A DNA stretch of 63,059 bases, filler included, from Hausera hauseri (GCA_046269625.1; 13 parts of 13 records of this genome joined end to end with filler, not necessarily neighbours in it); one strand, 5' to 3'. Shown: positions 1-12,543, numbered from the whole stretch's first letter. The notes: generated from the letters alone by a model not told the origin. Numbers and translations are program-made.

Positions 1-77
1 ACTTTCAATTCGCGTCCCTCAAATTTCAATTCGTTCATTTTCCCGATTGCCCGGTATGCCGATTTCCGTTTGTGGAA
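1..77. repeat. Exact 77-bp copy of 2899-2975 (SCAF RRM coding sequence) at the contig start
   Basis: Base-by-base identity for exactly 77 nt; mismatch at 78 vs 2976. Confidence 0.95.
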
Positions 78-1669
78 ATATTCCCGCGATCTGTAAAAAT
101 TATTTTTGGTGTTTCATAACGGTAGACCCAACAATCTAGTACTGACCTCACCACTATTTCTTTGTCTTGTGAGTTCATAACCGCTAACGATACCAACTTG
201 CTAAAACTATCCACCATTACTAATTGGTACCTGGAACCCTTTTTCGATGTTGAAAAATGTGCGATATCCATGACTATCTGATGAAAAAGCTTGATATCTT
301 CTCGGGATAGAAATGTTTCTTTAGTTGCTGTTGTATCTGCTTTCATTTTTCTGCAAATTTCGCACTCTTGAACCACTTGTTTTATCGTCTCTCCAATTTT
401 TGGCCAAAAGTAAGCATCCTTCATATATTCCCACAACTTTTTGTAGCCAAAGTGGCATAACTCTTCGTGAATCAATACAATCAACTGATAGCGTTTTGGT
501 TCTGGAATAATAATTGGCTTATTCCATCCATCTTTCATGACTAATAGTTCATCTTCTATTTGGAATTGATTCGCGTATTTCCACAGTGGATGATTTTGTA
601 CTTCGACTGTCGCAGGTTCATTATTCACCAATGGCTTAATAATTTTGCTGGTCCATGCATCGTGTTGCTGCATCTTTTTAATATCGAAAATACCTGCAAG
701 GCTTAAGGTTTGTAAAAATGTTTACCTCTTTCTTTGTCATATTTGCACCCACATATCTAGTTTGGCATTGAGTACATAGAGCTTCCGCTATTCGAGCTAA
801 TCCGTCTGCGTTTGTATGCTCATTGCCTCAACGAAATTGCAGCTAAAAATTGAAGTTGGCCATATCTTCAACCCATGACTGGAATTGTGCGCTTAAAGGT
901 TTTGTCGATTGAATCATGAACACCAATGCCTTATGATCTGTGCGGGCCACGAACTGTTTCCGATACAAATAATGTTTGAAGTGTACCATAAACTCTCTTA
1001 GTGTGAGCAACTCCTTCCTAGTTACACAGTATCTCTTCTCATGGTCTTTCAGCGTTCTGGAACAATACGCCACAGCCCATTCGGTTCCACCATTTTGTAC
1101 TTGACTAAGGATGCCTCATATAGCTGAAAAGCTCGCATTTGTGTCAAGGATCATGGGACGGTCCGGGTTTGGAAAACATAAAACTGGAGTCTTTGTTAAT
1201 CGTTGTTTCAATTCTTCGAAGCTGGCTTGACACTTTTACGACCAGTGGAAATTATCCTTAGCTTTCGTGGCTGCATACAGTGAAGCCGCAATATGAGCAA
1301 AATCTTTGATAAATTTTCTATAATAATTTGCTAAGCCTAAGAATGATCCTAACTTGGTGACACATCTTGGAGGGGGTGCTTCTCAAATTTTGCCAATCTT
1401 GTCATTATTGGTTTCTACGCCATCTCCACTTACCACATGCCCGAAGAACTGAACTTTTGATTGTTTCAGACATCTTTCTTGCTTAATTTACAACCCTACT
1501 TCAGCAATTTTCTAGAATACTTTCTCTAAACGGGAGTCATGCTCGTTATCTGTCTTTTCGTAAACCAATGCCATTCAAGTATACTACAACTCCTTTATAC
1601 AGCATTGTGCATCAATCTTTGAAACGTCGCAGGGGCCGTGCATAACCCAAACGGCAATCGATTAAAACA
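78..1669 (-). mobile_element. Degenerate Ty3/Gypsy pol fragment (partial RT, RNase H, N-terminal half of integrase)
   Basis: Minus-strand FNRLPFGLCTAPATF (RT). AYCSRTL...YCVTRKELL...RTDHKAL (RNase H). HEELCH...CEIC zinc finger, IVMDIA and IFTDRG (integrase). Several stops and frameshifts; truncated at both ends. Confidence 0.92.
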
Positions 1670-2067
1670 CGTTTATTCATTTCAATGAAATTATATTTCA
1701 TTTTCTTAACAATTTCTTTAAAATGTTTGTAAAATCATTTATCTGAATTCTATATTTACCTTTTAGCAGCGCAGTGTGTCGACTGAATTATTACCATCGA
1801 CCAGTTATTTTAAAACACTAAAAACTTTGACATAACAACCAATTTACCTAATCGAGGATAGGCAATAAGTACACATTCCAATTTCCCCAATCGTCAGATT
1901 GACTTTTGTTTTAATATATCATTTTAATTAAGGAAGTGTGTAGAAGCTAACATCAAAACTCTCATTTTCCCATTACTATTAAGTCAATAACCAGATAGTA
2001 AAGACTGCAATAAAAATGTATTAAATTACTTTACATCTAAAAGTACAAATTATTATGAATTTTATTC

Positions 2068-4211
2068 TCAAAATCTGGTAGCTGGATGTCTGCTCATCAA
2101 ACTGGGAATAAAGGCAGGGTAACCGGGTAGGGGTGGCCGGTATCTCATCGGTGGCCGAAACATCCGTCCCCTCGACGGAATGATCATCGGACCTCTGAAA
2201 CCCGGCCGGAGAAATGCCGGTGACGGCGGTATCATGTGAGCGTCAGCCATTCGTGTCGACATGGCTTGAGTAAATGTCGGTCTGACGGGTGGGAGTAGGG
2301 GCCCTGTAGACTCCGCTGCCTGACTTGTCACGTCCATTGCTGTTTCGCTGGACGTAGATCCGTCGCTGTTCTGTCCACTGACGGGCACGACGTGATTGGA
2401 TATGGGTTCCGCTATAGGTGTGGGCATAACGGGTGGCAGATAAATGTGAGCCGGTGGTGGATACGCCATGATAGGCGGCATCATTGGCGGCGGTGGAGGA
2501 AAATGGGAATAGAATTGAGTTTCTATAGAAAATGGACAACAATCGATGGATAGAATGAAGGATCAACAAGCATACGTGCATCCGGGAATGGATCTGATGA
2601 GTTGAGCAGCGGGATTTTCTTCTTCGCCACCTCGGCTGCAACGGTAATCATTGTTTCAACCGACGACGCTTCCAATCCATGGGCGATTGCATCGGCCTTC
2701 TGCTGTTCGAACTGCTTTATCGCCAAACCGAGTTCTTCGGTCAACGTTTCATCATCCAACTCGGCACCGCCATCAATTAGTTCGGAGCATCGATTAATAG
2801 GAAACTGTTCAACGGCAATGAACGTGCATCCCTCATGTTCCATCCAACATTCACGGAATTCCCGATCGTCTTTAATGCCTTTATTCGGTGCCCAGGCCAC
2901 TTTCAATTCGCGTCCCTCAAATTTCAATTCGTTCATTTTCCCGATTGCCCGGTATGCCGATTTCCGTTTGTGGAACGTCACAAATGCACAGCCGCGCGGC
3001 GGGATCATGTTAAATTCCAGAATGCTGCCGTATTCTTCGCACAGTGATCGCAGTTTTTGTTCGGATACGTGTTTGTTGAGATGGCCGATGAATATCGTAT
3101 GGGAGATGATACCGACGAATTGTGGCCGTACGGTTGGCATCCATTTCTTACGGCTATCTTTGCTCCTTCTGTTTAACAGACCAATTAACGTCGTTGAATT
3201 ACACAGTCGCTATACCTGTCTCGTTTTCGCCGTTCCCGTGATGAAGATCGTTTGCCACCTTTGGAGTCTGACATAGACTGTCGTCGTTTCCGTGAAATGG
3301 AACTCGATGATCTGGACCTCTGTAAAAGTGTAGGTAAATGAGCAGTAGTCACTGTCGATTGTCGTCGTGCAACAATCGTAAAATCAACAACGTGAGTCGG
3401 ACAAACGAGTATTAGTTATCAGGTAGATTAATTGAAATAATTTTATAATTCGATACTTACGTTTAGTTTAATTTCAACAATTGGTTATTCGTCCGAATTA
3501 CGTTGCCAGTGGCGTACCCAGGATTTTCACAAAGACACGCGATATCAAAAGCTTTATAGCACTTATTGAATTCGTGCTGAATAATTACAAATGTCACATA
3601 AAATAAAATTAATTAAGCGATAGATCCAACAAAAATTGAGATCTGATTCTTGAGGAGGCAGTTTAACTCCCTAAACCGCCCTTCGGCACGCCACTGGTTG
3701 CCATACACAATCAATAGCACAAACATAAGAATTAAATATTTGAAATTACATCTTGCAACAAAACCATTTCGCTTGCGTAATCCTGTAAACTACCATTCTC
3801 ACTACCATGGTCATAGACCTGTGGAACATTGTTGTTCGACGATATGTCCCGTAGATCGATGTCCACGTCGTTATCTAATTCGCTGGCAATTGGCTCATCG
3901 GACTCGATCTAAACTGTCGTTAATTACCACAGAGAATGTAAAATGAGGTCCAATACTACCTTAAATTCTTCACGGAAATCTTGGTCCTGTGTGATGGTCG
4001 ACAGATCGTGGTCGTCAGCGCTGTCCGTTGATTTCTTCGACTCCAGGGTTTGTCGTAATTCTTCTTGAAGTGCTCGGGTTTGACTGAGTGTGTCAACCAT
4101 TTGCTGGAGTTGTTCCACAAATTCCATGTCAGTGCTCGATCTAATGTTCATTTTTAACGTAAGACTTTTTTGAAATTGAAATATTTTAGCAGCTGATTCA
4201 AAAAGTTTTCC
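2068..4211 (-). CDS. SCAF4/SCAF8-like SR-related CTD-associated factor (RS stretch, RRM, Pro-rich tail); multi-exon, 5' exons unresolved
   Basis: RRM TIFIGHL...NMIPPRGCAFV...KVAWAPNKGIK matches the SCAF4/8 family. GT-AG introns at 3169-3215 (47 nt) and 2523-2575 (53 nt) join the RS exon (3216-3319), RRM exon and Pro-rich exon in frame. Further exons lie near 3800-4211. Minus-strand AATAAA at ~1672-1677. Confidence 0.85.
3507..3696. mobile_element. 190-bp MITE with hAT-like TIRs inside the SCAF-like gene
   Basis: TIRs CAGTGGCGTACC...GGCACGCCACTG, flanked by direct repeat GTTGC (3502-3506 and 3697-3701). Confidence 0.8.
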
Positions 4212-4661
4212 CTGTCAATCCTTTGTAATCAATAATCTATGAAGTTATATGGAATTATAATGTTGGTAAAATTCCAGAAAACGGAATGAAATTGACACGG
4301 ATAAAACTGACGATGATTGAATTAATGGCTCCGTAATTTCATAACAACTATCATAGATCGGCAATGTTTTCCAAGGAAAATTGGGGTGTCAATAATGTTA
4401 GTTATTCATCATTTCTGAATACAAATGGAAAAGAACGCTATTGACTAAATGAATAGCAAATAACAATGATGTTACAGAATCACTCAATGTTGTGAAGTGG
4501 ATAACAACATAGCCTTAGGAATTGTAATGCTTACTGTCTCTGATGCAAACAAAACCTATTTGTTCTACATTTAACGTTACCTGCCTCGAGCCATCTTATA
4601 GTGAAAGAGATAACCTTGAATTCAAATTTGAGTGACAAGTACTCATCTTAAAAGAATCAAT

Positions 4662-4761
4662 NNNNNNNNNNNNNNNNNNNNNNNNNNNNNNNNNNNNNNN
4701 NNNNNTTAATTAATTAANNNNNNNNNNNNNNNNNNNNNNNNNNNNNNNNNNNNNNNNNNNN
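4662..4761. other. Artificial contig spacer (N run, TTAATTAATTAA, N run); repeated at 8759, 12798, 17808, 22052, 27443, 32231, 37893, 42181, 46354, 50482 and 55625
   Basis: Twelve 100-nt spacers with a six-frame stop linker. Confidence 0.99.
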
Positions 4762-5630
4762 GTCGAAAAACAGGCAAATATTGTACAGCAGAGACGACAA
4801 ACCCAGCAGTAGCTCGCGAAACACTCAGCATACAGCCTGAAAAAACCGATAAGAAAAGGGTTTCCAACTCGTGCATACGTACGTGATCTCCTTTGCTAAC
4901 ATTAACGATGGATATCGGTAAGTGCTGACGTGTATTGATGTGCTTAGTCGTTTTGCACGTGCGATTGCCGTCAAATCAAAATCTGGCAAAGAAATTGTCG
5001 ACGCTGTTCACACATTAATAAAAGAACCACCACCACCGAAGCATGTACAAACAGATTTGGGTAAAGAATTCTACAACTCGCATGTCGTATCGATCTTGAA
5101 CCGGTTCGGTGTAAACCACTACTTTACTTTCTCAATATAAGGCTGCACTCGTTGAATGATTTAATCGAACCTTCTACAGTCGACTGAACAGATTCTTTAC
5201 GAAGCAAGGCAATAAACGCTGGGTAGATGTAATGCCGGATATTAATCATGAATCCAATCATTTGACATATCATGGAATCAACGGATTATCACCGGTTTAT
5301 GTAACTGATGATCTAGACACGTGGCTTTATCAAAACCGCCGACGACAGGCAATTAAACGTCCAAAATATAGAATTGGTGATTACGTGCGTATTTCGAAAT
5401 TAAGTTCAACGCCATTCATCAAGAACTTCAATCAGAACTGAAACGATGAGGTTTTCGAATTTCAGCAATCAACACAAAACAAACACCAGTCGTGTATGTT
5501 TTAGATGATGAATACATGTGGTAAAATATGTGGTAAATTCTACGATCAGGAACTGTCAAATGCTCGAATAAACAATATCTCGTAAAGTACCACGGGTACA
5601 CTACACCGAATTGGATATTTGCATCACAGA
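4762..5630 (+). pseudogene. Polinton/adintovirus RVE integrase, disrupted
   Basis: LTCIDVLSRFARA...KSKSG, VQTDLGKEFYN, VE*FNRT, PKYRIGDYVRISK...F.KNFNQN. Stops and frameshifts. Confidence 0.9.
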
Positions 5631-5634
5631 TTGA

Positions 5635-6686
5635 ATGAGAATTTACGTAATACTTGATAGTAACAGACCGTTATCACAAAATGATAACAACAATACGGCT
5701 GAACGATTTATCATGCACTTGGACAAATCGCTCGATTTACACCAGGGAGCCTGGGATGTGGCTTTGATGGAATTCACATTTACATTTTCGCCAATGTCGA
5801 TACGTGAGAATAGTGGTATTTACTTTATTCTGTTGAAGAAATATCTTGCTTCAAGTCGTTTGCAGTTAATCCGAGACTCTAAGCAAACAATTCACGTTCG
5901 TAATTATACGTGACAATATTTCCCGATTTATATTTTTCGTTCAAACAATCGTTTGGTACTAAAACACCGACATCCGATTGAATTGCAATTTAAATCCATA
6001 GTTGATACTCAGTCGTGGGGTTTTCAATCTGTCAATTTACGCTCTAAGGGCTTGCAGCAAGGTGGACATCTCATCACGTGTGAAAATTGAACTTTTCCGA
6101 AAAGATGAAAACCGAGATTACAGTGAACTGGCAAATGACGAAATCAACCTTCTACTCGCATACTACAGGATGTAGTTTACTTTTGGAATCGGAAGAATTG
6201 TATGTATCCATCAGAGAAGTAGCTAAATTGTCCCTATAAACATTTGAATTAAACGCCAATGGTCGTATTTCGTTTACACTACATAATAATGTTACATATT
6301 TTGCCCTTGATGAACTATTGGTACGGAATCTGAGCTTTAAGAAACGAGAATTCGGTCAAACTGGCAGCGGACGAGCTATTGTTGCAAAATTCAAACCACC
6401 ACTCTATGGCACATTTCATCGAATCAACATTTTAAAGAATCTGACCGAACCTGTATTTGGTGGTGGAGAACGTAAACAAATATGGGATTCTATTACTCTG
6501 GATTCTCACACGTGCACAACACACGGTGAAATTGCTCACGTTAATATCATCCGACCAATGTATTTATCGTTATCTCGCAATGTTGTGCACAGTATTGCAG
6601 TGCACAGGATAGATGAATTTTGGAAACCCATTAAGTTTCCATTTGGAGCAACATCACATCTGACGCTACATTTTCGACGTGGATAG
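5635..6686 (+). pseudogene. Polinton minor capsid (penton-like) protein, copy 1
   Basis: N-terminal YVILDSN...NTAERF...LDL.QGAWDVAL; C-terminal PMYLSL...PIKF...LTLHFRR. Frameshifted between. Confidence 0.8.
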
Positions 6687-6714
6687 TAAACAAACTGCAT
6701 CATCATCATTGAGA

Positions 6715-7703
6715 ATGAGTCATTACATGGTGTTACCGAGCAACAGTCAATACATTGTACATTGGGATAATCCATTGGATTTATCTAGACAATGAGAGGT
6801 TGCACTAACGGAATTTAACTTTCCTTACGTACGTGTTGCATTGGAAAGTGGTATGACAAAAAATTACTGCTTAACTCATCCTGTCATGGCAACTGAGCCA
6901 TGTACTCTGCAAATTGAAGATAAAAAACTATGGGTCAAAAACTCTTCTGTGTACGAGCGATTTAAGAGCACAAAAGACAAAATCCATGTTATGCTAAAAG
7001 ATAGAAAAGTAGTTTGATTATAAAATTGAATTTACTGTCCGCTTCGAATCCACTGAAATGACGAAAAAATTCGAATTCAAAACTACAGAAATCAAAGGTA
7101 AACGTATCTCTGCTGATGATGCCATTGTGCAAAATACATACCTAGGAACATCTGTGTACGTTACTTTTAGTGGACAAAATATGAACCGTATATGATACAT
7201 CTATCGAAATTGAAAATAATGTCTATTGTGAATCTGTAGCGGATCTCGTTCGACACTTCCGCTAAAAAGTACAAAGATATATTTAATGTTTTCACGTCAG
7301 ACACTACTGAATACGTCACGTTCGATTTGTACAAGGATAAGGTCAAAATTTAGTTGGAAAAAGCTTTGGCTCTGGTAATGGGTTTTGACAAACAGCGGTT
7401 TGTGTCAAATAAGACATCTTGCGACACTTAAACCAAAACTGAAAAACGGAGTATATCAAATGTACATTTACACGAATGTCACCGAACCGATTTTTGTCGG
7501 TGGAGTACAAGTACCGCTACTCCGTGCAATTTGTCCGGAAAGTAACATACGCTGCTGATGATAATGTCACTGTCAAACTCGATAATCCAATGTACCTACC
7601 TATGGCATCTACATCTATAAACAACTTTGAAGTCAATATCAGATGTGACGCAGGTGGTACCAAAATGGGTTTGACGCTTCATTTTCGACGAAAATATGAT
7701 TGA
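6715..7703 (+). pseudogene. Polinton minor capsid (penton-like) protein, copy 2
   Basis: MSHYMVLPSNS...LDNPLDL..*EVALTEF at the start; MYIYTNVTEPIFVGGVQVPLLR; NPMYLP...EVNIR...LTLHFRR at the end. Confidence 0.8.
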
Positions 7704-8040
7704 TTCTGCTCGTTTCCATTTACAGTAAACCTCAGCAGGACGGTTAACTGCCATATTTCGTTGGTCAAAAGTACGGTTCTGGATGGTTGCGTACATTGGC
7801 ACGTTTAGCCTTTCCGACATTTAAACGGATTGGAGCCGTTGCAGCAAAAACATCACAGGATGTGCTGCATCGCTAAAAGAACACGCATTGGCAAAAATAA
7901 AAAATGGTGCACTTGGAGTCGCTGAGTCAGTCCAAAAACATTCCACTGGCAGTGGTTTGAGGAAACGTGGTGGTGGTAAAGGTAGAGCATTATCTAGCCT
8001 TTCAACTATAAACAAACGTCGTCGTACGATTTTCTATTGA
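7696..8040 (+). pseudogene. Polinton/adintovirus small basic, amphipathic core-type protein
   Basis: LPYFVGQKYGSGWLRTLARLAFP...TGSGLRKRGGG...KRRRTIF, in the usual position between penton and major capsid. Confidence 0.6.
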
Positions 8041-8048
8041 CTGATTGA

Positions 8049-8758
8049 TTGATGGCATCTGCAAAATCTGAATTGTGTATATTTAACAAAGCCAGGCTAC
8101 AAGTCGTTATTGACAATGCAGCATTTGAGGAAATCTACCTCGTTAATTCTGCTTCAACGGACGATAACATTGACATTCAATTCAACGTAATGGCATCGGA
8201 CAATGCATGTCTCGATTTGAATGATACGCTATGGTATGTAAAAGGCATTGTTAAAAAGGATGCATCAACGGTTCTCGCTGCAACAGATGTTGTCACACCG
8301 GCTAATTATTTTTTCCTCACACTGTACCAGGAAGCTTTACTGACTCTAAACAACGTCAAAATTGAAGGCAATACCAGTCTGTATAGTATCAAAGCTCTCA
8401 TTGAAACGGCATTGAATTACGGTACAGACATAAAAAGAATCATTTGAAAGTCATCGGATACGATGCAACAGCGGCAAACCGACAGACATGGGTAGCAGAA
8501 TCAAAAGCATTTACCATGTGTGGACCGCTGTATTTAGACTTTTCCGATCAGCCAAAATACTTACTGCCTGGTGTTAAAGCCATGATTCGGCTCAAACGCA
8601 GCGACAATGTCTTTTGTTTAAAAATTGCAGTTGCAAGTCTCAAATCCATACTGAAAATTACCGAGGCACGATTATACGTATGTCGTGTAAAGGTAGAACC
8701 ATCTGTGCTCATGGGGCATCGGTTGGGCTTGGAAACGCAAAATGCCTGTTACCCAATA
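8049..8758 (+). pseudogene. Polinton major capsid protein (PY/hexon-like), N-terminal part, frameshifted and cut by the contig end
   Basis: AKSELCIF...LQVVI, LDLNDT, ALIETALNYG, GPLYLDFSDQPKYLLPGV...L.R, ARLYVCRVKV.PS. Confidence 0.88.
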
Positions 8759-8858
8759 NNNNNNNNNNNNNNNNNNNNNNNNNNNNNNNNNNNNNNNNNN
8801 NNTTAATTAATTAANNNNNNNNNNNNNNNNNNNNNNNNNNNNNNNNNNNNNNNNNNNN

Positions 8859-10021
8859 AAGCATAAACAGTATCTGTGGGAATACCACATACTCCCCCCT
8901 CTTTGAGTTGTCCAGCAATCTTGTGGAGACCAATGGTGAGACGGGAGCTGGCCACTGGACAGGGTGGCTCTTCAGATGTTTCCTGCTTAAGCTTTTCCTA
9001 AAATAAGTCAAAAATAGACAAAAAAGAAAAACAAAATGTATTAAACTACACATTAGTTTGAATTTAAAAGACAAAACACTTCAGTTTTTTTTAATTTGTT
9101 ACCTTTATGATTGGAGGGTCCACTTGTAGCATTTTCTGTGAGAAGATGCATTTCAGTAGTGAAGACAAAGTTCCAGATATACAAGTGACTGAAACCAGAG
9201 CGAGCATGGCCACTGCAAAAGATGGACACATAATGTTATGTGTCTTCTGTTTAATGGATACAAACTTCTAGACTTAAAGAAATCATTGTCATTAGGTGTT
9301 ATAGAGCAGATGCCACAAACTCATCCCAAGCTGTGATTAGCTAATATGTGGAATGAAATACAAACTTTATTGTGTGATGACAATCTTGGTACAAATGGGC
9401 AAAGTAGGTGGAGAGGAACTAGACAACTTAGATGATTGATATTCATGCAACTCCTAAACCAAATGATTTCATGTCCCCAAAGCTGTAGAAAGCAAAGATG
9501 AATGGAGTCACAGAAGAAACCTAAGGCCATGGGCTCTGTATATTTTGTGTTCTTGTTCTCTTGACCTGAGCTCTGGTTTTTGTTGAGTTGGGAGTCCCGA
9601 GCAGGAGAACATTACACAAGGAGGTCCCAAGGCAGTGCCACTCAGGTGATTGTATTTATGAAAATAGATCAGTCCAGCCACCAGTTAACATATTCCACCA
9701 GTCAGGATGAGATGAACACCATTGTAAACTGGTGTATGCCCTTTTTAAATGTTTTACAGATATATGTCTTGATAGTTGATGTCATGTTTTACCTGCCAGT
9801 ATGATTTCCACTCCAGCTGGTTGATTGCCAGTTCGAGCTGTGTTGAAGTTTGGTAGAAGAACAAGGAATGCACTGATCCCATTTGATAACAAGCCCAACA
9901 CTCCAGGTTCTCCATAGAAACTGGCAGGAAACTCATCTGAAGCTGCCATGATGCTTTTGCTGTTGCTTTTTTGTTGATACACAGTTCTGATGAAAGACAT
10001 TGCAGAGAATATAAAAATCAC
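8859..10021 (-). CDS. Multi-exon teleost-type gene with hydrophobic N-terminal exons and the start of a YrdC/Sua5 domain (partial)
   Basis: Exon 8859-~8997 reads EKLKQE...GGVCGIPTDTVYAL, the YrdC PT(D/E)TVY motif, after a polypyrimidine-AG acceptor. Upstream exons are hydrophobic and one may contain a stop. Confidence 0.6.
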
Positions 10022-10552
10022 ACAATGTGTATAAATTAATTTAGGTTCATGGCTTTTCTCTGTTGGGCTATAATGTCAATAAATAAAACAAAATAAATCA
10101 GACTTTTATTTATCAAGTCATTTATAGACACAAAAATCATTAATGGGATTAACCTGACTAAATAAAGGTTGAAGGAATGAATGAAAATTTCAGATTTCTT
10201 CTGCGGCTTTTTTTTTTTTTTTTTTTGGTTGTTTATATTGGAGTTTGCATCACTTATGTGTTTGCTGTGCATATTAACTCTTTGCAGCTTGTTTGCACCT
10301 GTCACCCACTGTGGAGGCAGGACTCCTCAGAGACTAGTCGTGAAAGACGTACCTCTTCTGAGGTAAATTGAACTAGACTTTAATAGAAGCTCTAATAAAA
10401 AAGTGAACCATCATCTAGTGGTCAAATAGAAAAATCAAAAGTTTGGTAACAAAGGTACAAAGAAAAAATATTGCTGAAAGGAATGTGTTATTTTATATGA
10501 GAAGAGATTAAAAAAGACAAAGCAAGGGTTATTATTCACAGATAAACTGCTT

Positions 10553-11431
10553 TCATCTGGTGTGGATTTTCATGTGTTTGTTTAAATTTGACTTATGTCC
10601 AAACCTGCGTCCACAAAGATCACAAGCAAATGCTTTCTGTCCTGTGTGGACTATCATGTGTGTCTTTAGATTACCCTTTTGGTTAAATATTTTTCCACAG
10701 TCTTCACAACTAAATGAGTTCTGTCTTGACTGTTTTTTCTTGATTGAGCCTCCAGTTTTCTTCACTTTTAAACATTCCTCGATAACCAAACAACTTGAAG
10801 ACGTCACTGACTGACTCGTCTTGTGAAATTGTTTCCCATGCTCAGTGAAGCTGCAAGATTTGTTGACAGTGTTTACACCTGACTCAGGAGCTCTGCTCTC
10901 CATCCAGTCTTTGTCACCGTCTTCAGGTTCTGACCCAGAGTCTGATAAGTCTTTTAGCTGAGAGTCAGAGTCCTTCACCTCATCACCTTCATCATCCTCA
11001 CTGACTTCAGTCTCTGAAGAGCTGCAATCATCTCCATAAGTATTTAGATCTGGGTTCCTGGTAGTTTCTCCTTCTCCACAGTCCTCTCCACCAGTTGCTG
11101 ATTTCATCTGGTCAGCTGAGCTGCTGGTTGGAAGATCTTCCTCTTTTACTTGGTGCTGATGAAGCTGTAAAAACAGAGGTTTCTCTTCTTCTTCCTCATT
11201 CTTCCAAGGAACAGCAGTGAATGCAAACCCGGTGTCATCAGTCTCCTTTTTCACACAAAACTGCTCTCCCTCTTGACTGGTCCACAGTTCCTCCTCTTCC
11301 TCCTTTATGTTGAGGGTCTCTGGATCCTGTTGGTCCACACCAAGCATCCGTACTTCAGGAGCTTCTTCTTTAATCAGCACCATCTGCTGAACATCTGCAG
11401 GGACCACTGAAAACATGAACATCAGGCACAA
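10553..11431 (-). CDS. Teleost C2H2 zinc-finger protein (gastrula/oocyte ZF type), last exon with two fingers
   Basis: VPADVQQMVLIKEE...IKEEEEELW acidic region typical of teleost ZF families. CEDC...H...H, TGQKAF linker, CDLC...H...H. Splice acceptor near 11408. Confidence 0.9.
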   Translation of the reverse strand: MCLMFMFSVVPADVQQMVLIKEEAPEVRMLGVDQQDPETLNIKEEEEELWTSQEGEQFCVKKETDDTGFAFTAVPWKNEEEEEKPLFLQLHQHQVKEEDLPTSSSADQMKSATGGEDCGEGETTRNPDLNTYGDDCSSSETEVSEDDEGDEVKDSDSQLKDLSDSGSEPEDGDKDWMESRAPESGVNTVNKSCSFTEHGKQFHKTSQSVTSSSCLVIEECLKVKKTGGSIKKKQSRQNSFSCEDCGKIFNQKGNLKTHMIVHTGQKAFACDLCGRRFGHKSNLNKHMKIHTR

Positions 11432-12183
11432 TTAAAACTTTATATTCCCAAATACAGTGGTGCTTGAAACTTTGTGAAGCCTTTAAAACTTTCTAAATTT
11501 CTGCATAAAAATGACCTAAAACATCATGAGATTTTCACACAAGTCCTAAAAGTAGATAAAGAGAACCAAGTTAAACAAATGAGAAACATTTTTTATACTT
11601 GGTCATTTATTTATCGAGGAAAATTATCTATTACATGTTTTTTCCTGAGATTTGGCAAGCTGTTTGATCAATAATGCAATACCATATTTTCCTCCCTATA
11701 TGTCACAGTTTTTTGTTGTTGTTGCATAACTTACATGTCCTGCGACTTACTGTATAGGCCAATTTGATAATTTAAAGTCATTCAAGAATAAATTCGAAAG
11801 CATGATTCCGTTATATGCAGTAACATTTAATTCACATATTAAAATCTTTTTCCTTTTTAACATTTTCCATCTTTGTGTAATAATAAGAAATCCATGTAAT
11901 TATCTTCTGCTACAAAGTGCTACCATGAAAGGTATCTTGCAGAATGATAAGCAGGGAGTGGAGTGTTCATTCATTCAATTGTAGCTTGACAATGCAATGC
12001 TTCTGTGTTAATGACTTCATCTTGCCTCTAGACGTTCATTATTCCTTGAAGGCAGAGCTGATTAAAAAAATTGTTTACTTGACTTTTTATGTGAAAGTCA
12101 AGTATTGCTTTATTGTAATGTGCGATGATGTGTGAATACAATGAATGAAAATGTTTCCTTTTTGAGTTTCATTGTAACAAAAA

Positions 12184-12543
12184 GTGAAGTGGAAAAAGGA
12201 TTATGTTTTTTCAAGTACTCCTGAAGTTCATGTTCCTACACTTATGACAAAGCCAAATGATTCTGATGAAGATGTCTTCAATACAGATGAAAATGACAGT
12301 CCATTCCAAGTGCTTTTAGGTGCTCTGCCTCAGTGCGAAGCTCCAATCCCAGATTTTATCCGCCCTCTGACTGATGAGGACTTAAAGCCACTTGATCAAC
12401 TCAGACAGTTTCTTATTGACAATCACGAGTTTTGCCAGATTTCATACTCACTTGTTCCAGTAAGTGAAGATCCAGTCAGCAGTCTGAAATCTTATTTAGA
12501 CAATATGGCCACTGCTTGTGGGAAAACAAAACACATTCATTAA
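12184..12543 (+). CDS. Possible terminal exon of an unidentified gene
   Basis: 119-codon ORF followed by AATAAA at ~12600; no recognisable motif. Confidence 0.3.
   Translation: MKWKKDYVFSSTPEVHVPTLMTKPNDSDEDVFNTDENDSPFQVLLGALPQCEAPIPDFIRPLTDEDLKPLDQLRQFLIDNHEFCQISYSLVPVSEDPVSSLKSYLDNMATACGKTKHIH

Noticed and set aside
2602-3276. 224-aa plus-strand ORF (likewise 47312-47992)
   Set aside because: Antisense shadows of real coding sequence.
4706-4717. Recurrent TTAATTAATTAA palindrome
   Set aside because: Artificial six-frame stop linker inside N spacers; ORFs ending in X...LIN are artefacts.
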